NCBI GenBank assembly: GCA_027309555.1
Contig: DAIDCO010000006.1
Location: 1 to 53,346, forward strand
DNA from: a bacterium
Lineage (GTDB): Archaea > Thermoplasmatota > Thermoplasmata > Lutacidiplasmatales > UBA184
DNA: 53,346 nt
Direction of reading: 5' to 3'
Made by a program: the position numbers and the translations under genes. Shown one piece after another: positions 43,361-49,933 of the stretch. The stretch's first letter is position 1. The number at the start of each line of letters is the position of its first letter. The notes below the pieces were generated by a model. That model saw nothing but the letters and a program-made list of their open reading frames with translations, had not been told where the DNA came from and did not search any database.

Positions 43361-44104
43361 CTAGGCGGGCGCTCCGGCCGCCGGTTCCGCCCGGCCGAGG
43401 TAGGCTTCGACCACGGCCGGGTCCTGGCTCGCCGCACGCACGTCGCCATTGAACAGGAGCTGGCCGTGGTGGAGGACGAGGACCCGGTCGATCAGCTGGA
43501 AGAGCGACTCTACCACGTGCTCGGTGACGAGCAACGTGATCCCGCGGGCGTGGATGCGTCGGATGATCTCGACGATCTCGCTCAGCTCGGCGGGGTTGAG
43601 ACCCGCCATGACCTCGTCCAGCAGCAAGAGCTCGGGAGAGGCCGCGAGCGCCCGGGCGACCTCGAGCCGCTTGCGCCCCGCGAGGGTGAGCTCGTTCGAC
43701 CGGGCCGAGGCGCGGTCCGCGAGGTCGGTGACCGCGAGGACCTCGTCGACCGTGAGCGGCGGCAGACCGGCCCGCGGGCGGCGGGCCCCGAAGAGCGCAC
43801 CGACACGGACGTTCTGCTCCACCGTGAGGTCCGGGAACGCCTGGGCGAGCTGGAAGGTCTGAACGAGGCCACGGTGGCAACGGCGGTGCGGCGCCCAACG
43901 GGTGACGTCGGTTTCCTGGAATACGATCCGTCCGCTCGTAGGAGGGATCATGCCGGACAAGAGCGCGAACAGCGTGGTCTTCCCGGCCCCGTTCGGACCG
44001 ATCAGCCCGAGGATCTCCCCTTCGGCAATGTCGAAGGAGACGTTCGAGACGGCCATCACTCCCGCGAACCGCTTGGTGAGGCCTTCCACCGTGAGCAACG
44101 TCAC
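43361..44104 (-). CDS. ABC transporter ATP-binding protein, LivG-like
   Basis: 247 aa. Motifs: LLTVEGLTKRFAGVMAVSNVSF, Walker A GPNGAGKTT, LLLLDEVMAGL. GTG 44104 lies 25 nt after a CCTTTAAG box. Confidence 0.9.
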   Translation of the reverse strand: MTLLTVEGLTKRFAGVMAVSNVSFDIAEGEILGLIGPNGAGKTTLFALLSGMIPPTSGRIVFQETDVTRWAPHRRCHRGLVQTFQLAQAFPDLTVEQNVRVGALFGARRPRAGLPPLTVDEVLAVTDLADRASARSNELTLAGRKRLEVARALAASPELLLLDEVMAGLNPAELSEIVEIIRRIHARGITLLVTEHVVESLFQLIDRVLVLHHGQLLFNGDVRAASQDPAVVEAYLGRAEPAAGAPA

Positions 44105-44129
44105 GAAGGCCGTCGAACGCGATGCGCTC

Positions 44130-44137
44130 CTTAAAGG
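44130..44137 (-). promoter_or_regulatory. TATA-like box CCTTTAAG, 25 nt upstream of LivG-like GTG 44104
   Basis: Read on the complement strand. It defines a separate LivG-ADC-A4 transcription unit. Confidence 0.5.
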
Positions 44138-44218
44138 CTCCGGGACTCCGAGGCTGCCGGCGGAGCGCGCCGGCGGCGAAGCCGTGGGCCGGGCCCCTCC
44201 GGCCGCAGCGCGGTTGGA

Positions 44219-44449
44219 CTACGTCGCGCGGCCGGAGCGGACGACCCCGGCCCGGTAGCGGTCGTTCAGGCTCGACCGCCGGAACCAGGAGCGCAGGCGT
44301 CGCGTCTCGTGGCGGCGGCAGGCGGCGCACCAAACGATGAGCTCGCGGGGCCCGGCCAGTTCGGGGGTCCGGAGGTGTTCGGTCTCGGGGTGTCCGCACC
44401 CGCGATCGAGGCAGGGGTGGGGGCCGCGCAGGTCGGTGAGGGGAGGCAT
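44219..44449 (-). CDS. candidate 76-aa zinc-ribbon-like, Arg-rich micro-protein
   Basis: Cys pairs CLDRGC(GH) and CAAC. Third-position GC is very high by hand count. Its own AT-rich box (44469..44483) lies 19-27 nt upstream of the ATG. No family recognised. Confidence 0.4.
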   Translation of the reverse strand: MPPLTDLRGPHPCLDRGCGHPETEHLRTPELAGPRELIVWCAACRRHETRRLRSWFRRSSLNDRYRAGVVRSGRAT

Positions 44450-44468
44450 GGCCCTTGTTGTATGCGTG

Positions 44469-44483
44469 TTTATACGTATTAAA
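44469..44483 (-). promoter_or_regulatory. AT-rich double box TTTAATACGTATAAA upstream of the 76-aa ORF
   Basis: Read on the complement strand. TATAAA lies 19 nt and TTTAAT 27 nt upstream of ATG 44449. This is one of the most AT-rich stretches I noticed in the window. Confidence 0.45.
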
Positions 44484-44546
44484 GGTGACGAATCCGCCGG
44501 GTCGACCGCGCCCCTTCGCGGTCGCCCCGCGACGCCCGGTCGTCGG

Positions 44547-44789
44547 CTACGACTGGAGAATGCGGACCTCTTTCGCGACGTGGGCGGCCTTTTCCTTCTC
44601 GGAAAGGCCCCGCAGGTGCATGGAGACCGTAACGGTGCCGTTGAGCTCCAAGGGCTCGGGGACCAAGGGAAGTCGAAGGCTGACCCGATCGAGCCGGACG
44701 GTGAGCTCCCCGTGGCGGTCGGCGAGCGCCTCCATCAGTCCCAGGAACGGGTTCGACCCGGTAAGGGCGGCGGGAGCGACGGGAGCCAT
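44547..44789 (-). CDS. hypothetical 80-aa protein
   Basis: Balanced composition: MAPVAPAALTGSNPFLGLMEALADRHGELTVRLDRVSLRLPLVPEPLELNGTVTVSMH... Divergent from the HTH regulator. The palindrome 44811..44824 occupies its -22..-35 region. Confidence 0.5.
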   Translation of the reverse strand: MAPVAPAALTGSNPFLGLMEALADRHGELTVRLDRVSLRLPLVPEPLELNGTVTVSMHLRGLSEKEKAAHVAKEVRILQS

Positions 44790-44810
44790 ACGAACGGCAT
44801 CGCCTGCCGA

Positions 44811-44824
44811 GATAGGAACCTATC
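44811..44824. promoter_or_regulatory. perfect 14-bp palindrome GATAGGAACCTATC, candidate operator
   Basis: GATAGG-AA-CCTATC is exactly self-complementary. It sits between the divergent 80-aa ORF (ATG 44789) and the HTH regulator (ATG 44894), 21 nt upstream of the former. Confidence 0.5.
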
Positions 44825-44865
44825 GCCGAGCGCCGCGATTCGTTCCATTTGTTAATGAATCAGTG

Positions 44866-44872
44866 TATAAAT
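44866..44872 (+). promoter_or_regulatory. TATA box TATAAAT, 21 nt upstream of regulator ATG 44894
   Basis: A canonical-looking TATA in a GC-rich context. It supports trimming the regulator start. Confidence 0.5.
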
Positions 44873-44893
44873 GACCCCGCCGTCCCCTTCCCG

Positions 44894-45556
44894 ATGAGCG
44901 AACCGGCCGCACCGCCCCGGGAAAGCGGCTACTCGAGCCCGAAGCGCGGGATCCTCCGGTTTCTGAAAACGCAGTCGGACGCACCGCTCGAAGGGATCGC
45001 TCGGGCGCTCGGGATCTCGAAGGTCGCCGCGCTCGGGCATTTGAAGCGGCTCGAGGCAGATGGCCTGCTCGAGCGGTCGTACCGCGCGGGAAAGGTCGGC
45101 CGCCCACGTCTCTTCTTCCGGCTCGCGCCGGGCGCCGCCGCCCTCTTTCCCCACGGCTACACCGAGATGTCCCTCTGCGCGCTCGACTTCATCGAACGCC
45201 GCCTCGGCCGCACCGCGGTCCGGGAGCTCCTGAGCCAGCGCGCCGGCGAGGTCGCCGACCGCCACCATGCACGGATCCCCCCCGGCTCGCTCGCGGAGCG
45301 CGTCGGAGAGCTCGTCCAGATCCGGACCGAAGGGGGGTACATGGCCGAGATCGGGCCCCGACGGCGCGGCTCGGTCGAGATGGTCGAGCATAACTGCCCG
45401 ATCCTCGCGATCGCGGAGCGCTACCCCGAGGCGTGCGAGACGGAGCGGCGGATGTTCGAGTCGCTCCTCGGTGCGGAGGTCGATGTGGCGCATCGCGTCG
45501 TCGCGGGCGACCCGGTCTGCCGGTTCCTCGTGCGGGAGAAGCGAGCCCTCCCATGA
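44894..45556 (+). CDS. winged-HTH transcriptional regulator (ArsR/COG2345-like) with C-terminal Cys-containing sensor domain
   Basis: ORF 44849..45556 trimmed to ATG 44894, which lies 21 nt after TATAAAT. HTH region ILRFLKTQSDAPLEGIARALGISKVAALGHLKRLEADGLLER. C-terminal HNC-x12-C...C pattern. Confidence 0.8.
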   Translation: MSEPAAPPRESGYSSPKRGILRFLKTQSDAPLEGIARALGISKVAALGHLKRLEADGLLERSYRAGKVGRPRLFFRLAPGAAALFPHGYTEMSLCALDFIERRLGRTAVRELLSQRAGEVADRHHARIPPGSLAERVGELVQIRTEGGYMAEIGPRRRGSVEMVEHNCPILAIAERYPEACETERRMFESLLGAEVDVAHRVVAGDPVCRFLVREKRALP

Positions 45557-46290
45557 GCGCCGCCTCCGCTCACCGCCTCGCGCTGGTCACCGGGGCGAGC
45601 CGGGGCCTCGGCGCCACGGTGTCGCGGTTCCTCTCGGCGGAGGGGTTCGACCTGGTCCTCACCGCCCGGGGCCGTCCCGCCCTCGAGGCAGCGGCCTCCT
45701 CCCTCGCCTCGTTCGGAACGCGGATCGTGGCCGAGGCGGGGGATGTGAGCTCGCCCGCCCACCGACGGACGCTCGCCGAGCGCGTACGGGAGATGGGCCC
45801 GGGGCTCGACCTCCTCCTCAACAACGCGAGCGAACTCGGTCCCTCTCCGTTGCCTCCGCTCGCCGAGTACCGCCTTTCCGAGCTCGAGTCCGTCTTTCGG
45901 ACCAACGTCGTGGCTCCGCTCGGACTCGTCCAGGAGCTCCTTCCGAACCTCGCGCGGGGTCACGGGCTCGTGGTCAACATCTCGAGCGACGCCGCGCTCG
46001 CGGGCTACCCTGGCTGGGGGGGCTACGGCGCGAGCAAGGCCGCGCTCGACCTCGTCAGCCGGACGCTCGCCCGCGAGCTCGCCGACCGTCCGGTCGCGGT
46101 GGTCTCGGTCGACCCGGGAGACCTTCGGACCGCGATGCACCAGGCCGCGTATCCGGGCGAGGACATCTCCGACCGCCCGCTCCCGGAGGTCACGATCCCG
46201 TTCTGGGCGTGGCTCCTTCACCAGCCGAGAGCGGAGATCTCGGGCCAGCGCTTCCGCGCTCAGGCCGACCGGTGGGAGGTACCGGGATGA
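45553..46290 (+). CDS. short-chain dehydrogenase/reductase
   Basis: ATG 45553 overlaps the regulator stop (ATGA). Motifs LVTGASRGLG, NNAS, YGASKAAL. Confidence 0.85.
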   Translation: MSAASAHRLALVTGASRGLGATVSRFLSAEGFDLVLTARGRPALEAAASSLASFGTRIVAEAGDVSSPAHRRTLAERVREMGPGLDLLLNNASELGPSPLPPLAEYRLSELESVFRTNVVAPLGLVQELLPNLARGHGLVVNISSDAALAGYPGWGGYGASKAALDLVSRTLARELADRPVAVVSVDPGDLRTAMHQAAYPGEDISDRPLPEVTIPFWAWLLHQPRAEISGQRFRAQADRWEVPG

Positions 46291-47365
46291 AACCCGTATC
46301 GCTCGGATTCCCCGTCCCGAGGGCGCTCGGGGCCGACCGGACCCCCGAGGACCGGGGATGCCCGAGAGACGAAGTCCGGCTGCTCGTGAGCCGCCCCGAG
46401 GGAGATACCCATCATCGGTTCCTCGACCTGCCGACTCTCCTACGGCCCGGCGACCTCCTCGTGGTCAACGAGAGCGCGACGGTCCCCGCCAGTCTCGAAG
46501 CGCGGGGCGCCTTCGGGAGGTTCCGGGTGAGCCTCTCGACGGCCTACGGGCGCGGCCTCTGGCTGATCGAGCCCCGGAAAGGCTTCTCCGAGCCCGGGCC
46601 GCTTCCGCTCGCTCCCGGGGATCCCCTCGAGATCGGCGGAGTGGCGGGCCGGTACGTCGCGGATTTTCCGGGCATTCCGCGCCTTGGGTTCTTCCATGCC
46701 GAGGGCGACCTCGCGGCGTCGATGCGCGAGCGGGGACGGCCCATCCGGTACGGCTACCTGTCCCGGGAGTACCCGATCGAGGCGTACCAGACGCTCTTCG
46801 CACGGGTCCCGGGGAGCGCCGAGATGCCGAGCGCAGGCCGACCGTTCACCCCGCGCCTCCGGGAGGGACTTCGTCGTGCGGGGATCGACGTGGCCCCGAT
46901 CCTCCTCCACACCGGCGTCTCGAGCCTGGAGGCCCGCGACATCGCCCCGCTCACCGTACCGGTCTACCCCGAGCCGTTCGAGGTCCCGACCCGGACCGTG
47001 GAGGCCGTCCGGCGCGCCCGCGAGCGCGGCGCCCGCGTGGTCGGGGTCGGCACCACCGTCGTGCGCGCCCTCGAGTCGGCGACCGATGCGGGAGAGCTCC
47101 GGCCCGCGCGGGGCTTCACGCGGCTCTACGTCGGCCCCGCGACGGCCTCCTCACGGGTTTCCATGAGGCCGAATCGACCCATCTCGCGCTCCTCGCCGCG
47201 TTCGCGGGCCTACCGCGCCTGCGACGAGCGTATCGCACCGCGATCGACTCGGGGTATCTCTGGCACGAGTTCGGCGACAGCCACCTGCTCTGGCGCGACG
47301 GGGCGGACGGCCGGTCCGGCGGCGGAGGAGGCACGACGTCCGGCCGTGGGGGCGCGAGCGCCTAG
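46287..47365 (+). pseudogene. QueA-like S-adenosylmethionine ribosyltransferase-isomerase family gene, interrupted by a frameshift near 47136..47141
   Basis: ATG 46287 overlaps the SDR stop (ATGA). The N-terminal 283 aa are collinear with QueA (PGDLLVVNESATVPA, GVGTTVVRALESA) up to ...TRLYVGP. The conserved C-terminus DGLLTGFHEAESTHLALLAAFAG...GYLWHEFGDSHLL continues in the -1 frame (ORF 46358..47365). The original frame decays into R/S/P-rich nonsense. Confidence 0.75.
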
Positions 47366-47379
47366 GAGCCGACGCGAAC

Positions 47380-48309
47380 CTACTTCGCGGACCCGAGACC
47401 GGCCCGGCCCCGCAACGCGTGATAGAACCCGCCGAAGCTCGTGGCGGTCGGGGTGCGCAGGCCCTGGAGGCGCATCTGCTCCCGGACCTCTTTCGGGCTC
47501 TGCCGGAGGTCGAGCGTCTTCGTGGTGTCGAAACGGTACTGGAACGTGCCCGACGGGCCCCGGGGGAATGCCTCCCAGTCCTTCGCGGTCGTGGGACGGA
47601 GCTCGTGGAGCCGCTGGCCCTCGCGCGGCGCGAACGCCGGCAGGGTGAGGTGCTCCTCGGTGAGCCAGAGCATCGTCGCGTCGCGGATCGCCTGGCTCGT
47701 CGTCTCATCGAGCGCACCGGGGGCTACCTGCGACTGCACCCAGTCGACGAGCGCATCGAAGGTCTTCTCCGCGTTCTCCTCGAGCATCACGAGGACCGCG
47801 ACCCGGATCGCGCTGCGACGCAGCTGCTGGATCCCCGTGTCGCTCAAGCGGTACTCGACGCTGAGCCCAAGCAGGCTTTCCGCGTTGTCCCCGAGGTCCT
47901 TCAGCGGCAGCACGAAGAGCGGGACCGGCGCCTCGGTCTCCTGGATATACCACAACGAGAACTCACGGCCGTTCGTGATCAGGGCGAGCGGCACCTTGGC
48001 GGCCTTCGCGTGCTCCGCGACCTCACCGGCATCGGAGACGTTCCCGGTCCGCTCGCGGACATCGAGAAAGAGGCGGGGCTGGCCGTCCCCGTTGAGGAGG
48101 GCGTAGTCGACGTGACGGTCCGAGCCGCGCACGGGGAAGTCGAGGAATACCTGGCGCTTGTCGTGCGGGTCCCATCCGATCGCGACGAGGAACGGATTGA
48201 CGATCCAGTGACGGATCTGCTGTTCGGTGACATCCTCGACGTCCCGCAGGACCTCTCCCGCGACCTGCGAGAACTCGGTGAGCCGCCGGCTCAGATCGAC
48301 TGCTTCCAT
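47380..48309 (-). CDS. HsdR_N-like (type I restriction R-subunit N-terminal, PD-(D/E)xK-fold) domain protein with an uncharacterised C-terminal domain
   Basis: 309 aa. TEQQIRHWIVNPFLVAIGWDP...HVDYALLNGDGQPRLFLDVRE matches my recollection of the HsdR_N pattern, with D-V-R in place of E-x-K. ATG 48309 lies 26 nt after TTTTAAA. Confidence 0.55.
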   Translation of the reverse strand: MEAVDLSRRLTEFSQVAGEVLRDVEDVTEQQIRHWIVNPFLVAIGWDPHDKRQVFLDFPVRGSDRHVDYALLNGDGQPRLFLDVRERTGNVSDAGEVAEHAKAAKVPLALITNGREFSLWYIQETEAPVPLFVLPLKDLGDNAESLLGLSVEYRLSDTGIQQLRRSAIRVAVLVMLEENAEKTFDALVDWVQSQVAPGALDETTSQAIRDATMLWLTEEHLTLPAFAPREGQRLHELRPTTAKDWEAFPRGPSGTFQYRFDTTKTLDLRQSPKEVREQMRLQGLRTPTATSFGGFYHALRGRAGLGSAK

Positions 48310-48335
48310 CGACCCGGGCGATGGGAGGTGGTGGG

Positions 48336-48342
48336 TTTAAAA
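48336..48342 (-). promoter_or_regulatory. TATA-like box TTTTAAA, 26 nt upstream of ATG 48309
   Basis: Read on the complement strand. It lies in the 50-nt gap after the NmrA-like stop and gives the HsdR_N-like gene its own promoter. Confidence 0.5.
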
Positions 48343-48359
48343 GTAACCCGGCCGCACCG

Positions 48360-49262
48360 CTACTCCGCGCGGAGCCGGCGGGCCTCCAACGCGACGAACG
48401 GCTCGACGGCCGCGAGCGGACGGTCGAGCCCCTCGTACGGCGGCAGCCCGAGGTCGTCCGCGAGCAGCCACTCCACCTCATACACGTAAAGGAGCGTGGA
48501 GCCGACGATCTCGAGGAGGCGCGCGAGACGGAGGGCGCCTCGGGGCGAGAAACGGAGGTAGCGCGGAGTCCGGCCGAGCGCGCGGAACATCGCGTCCGTG
48601 AGGTCGCGATAGCGCCAGCGCTCCGGGCCCCCCGCGGTGACGTTGTGGGAATCGGGGAGGGTCGCCTCCCGGTGCAGGATCCGGGCGAGGTCGGGCGCCG
48701 CGAGAGGGCTCACGTGGTACGCCCCGTCCCCGAACATGGGAAATCGGCCGTAGCGGTGCATCGTACGCAGCATCACCGTGAGCAGCTTGTCCCGAGGCGC
48801 GAACAGCATCGTCGGCCGGACGATGGCGTAGGAGAGGCCGCTCGCCTCGAGCGCCCGGTCGACCCGTCGCTTGTGGACGAGGTAGGGAAGACCCGTCTCG
48901 AGCGAGGGCGGTGCATCGGGTACGCTGACGTGGACGAACCGGCGTACGCCCACCTCCCGCGCGGCCCGGACGAGGCGGAGGAGCCCCTCCCCGAGCGGGG
49001 CAAAGCGGCGCTCGGGCCCGAAGCGATACCAGGCGACGGTCAGTACGAGATCGACGTCGCGCAATAGCGGAGCCCAGTCGGCCACGCTCGCCACGTCGGC
49101 GCGTACCCACTCGACGTCGTAGCGGGACTCTTCGGGGACCGGATGCCGATGGAGCGAACGGATACGCCAATGGGGGCCGAACTCGGCGAGAACGTGGCGG
49201 CCGACGAGGCCGCCCGAACCCCCCACGAGCAAGAGCCGCGGCCGCGGCGCGAGGTCGCTCAT
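48360..49262 (-). CDS. atypical SDR, NAD(P)H-binding NmrA/NDUFA9-like protein
   Basis: 300 aa. LLLVGGSGGLVGRHV Rossmann loop. ATG overlaps the lipB stop (ATGA). Confidence 0.75.
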   Translation of the reverse strand: MSDLAPRPRLLLVGGSGGLVGRHVLAEFGPHWRIRSLHRHPVPEESRYDVEWVRADVASVADWAPLLRDVDLVLTVAWYRFGPERRFAPLGEGLLRLVRAAREVGVRRFVHVSVPDAPPSLETGLPYLVHKRRVDRALEASGLSYAIVRPTMLFAPRDKLLTVMLRTMHRYGRFPMFGDGAYHVSPLAAPDLARILHREATLPDSHNVTAGGPERWRYRDLTDAMFRALGRTPRYLRFSPRGALRLARLLEIVGSTLLYVYEVEWLLADDLGLPPYEGLDRPLAAVEPFVALEARRLRAE

Positions 49263-49933
49263 CCCGGCGGAGGCGCCGCCGATGCGCGCTCCCGAGGGAC
49301 GGCGATGGACGCCCCGCGGACGCCGTCCACAAAGATCGCCTGCCAGGCGGCTACCACGGGCGGCCGGACCTCCTCGAGCGGGACGGGTCGGCCGAGCTCG
49401 CGCTCGAGCGACGTCATCACCCCGCCGTCAAAGCCACACGGATGGAAGCGCCGGAACTGGTCGAGGTCGACCGCGACGTTGAGCGCGAAGCCGTGGAGGG
49501 TCACCCAGTGGTCGACGGCGATGCCGACCGAGGCGATCTTGCGTTCCCCCTCGACCCAGACCCCGCGACGGCCCTTCACGTGCTCGGCGAAGACGCCGAA
49601 CGTCTCTAGGGCCCGGATCACGATCTCCTCGACCTCGTGGACGAATCGGCGAACATCCCGGCCCCGTGGCGTGAGGTCGACGATGGGATAACCCACGAGC
49701 TGCCCCGGCCCGTGGTAGGTCGCCTGACCCCCGCGCTCCACCGCGATCACGGGAAGGCCGCTCGCGGCGGCGGAGCCGTCGTCTCCTTCGACGCCGACCG
49801 TCACGACGGGGGGATGCTCGACGAGCACCAGCGTGTCTTCGACCGAACCCGCTCGACGGGCGGCCGCGAGCGCGCGCATCGCGAGCAGGGCGTCCGCGTA
49901 GTCGCGCCGTCCCCAATCACGGACGGTGTTCAT
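49259..49933 (-). CDS. lipB: octanoyl/lipoyl transferase
   Basis: ORF 49259..50146 trimmed to ATG 49933. Motifs ERGGQATYHGPGQLVGYPI, KIASVGI, HPCG. Confidence 0.9.
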   Translation of the reverse strand: MNTVRDWGRRDYADALLAMRALAAARRAGSVEDTLVLVEHPPVVTVGVEGDDGSAAASGLPVIAVERGGQATYHGPGQLVGYPIVDLTPRGRDVRRFVHEVEEIVIRALETFGVFAEHVKGRRGVWVEGERKIASVGIAVDHWVTLHGFALNVAVDLDQFRRFHPCGFDGGVMTSLERELGRPVPLEEVRPPVVAAWQAIFVDGVRGASIAVPRERASAAPPPG

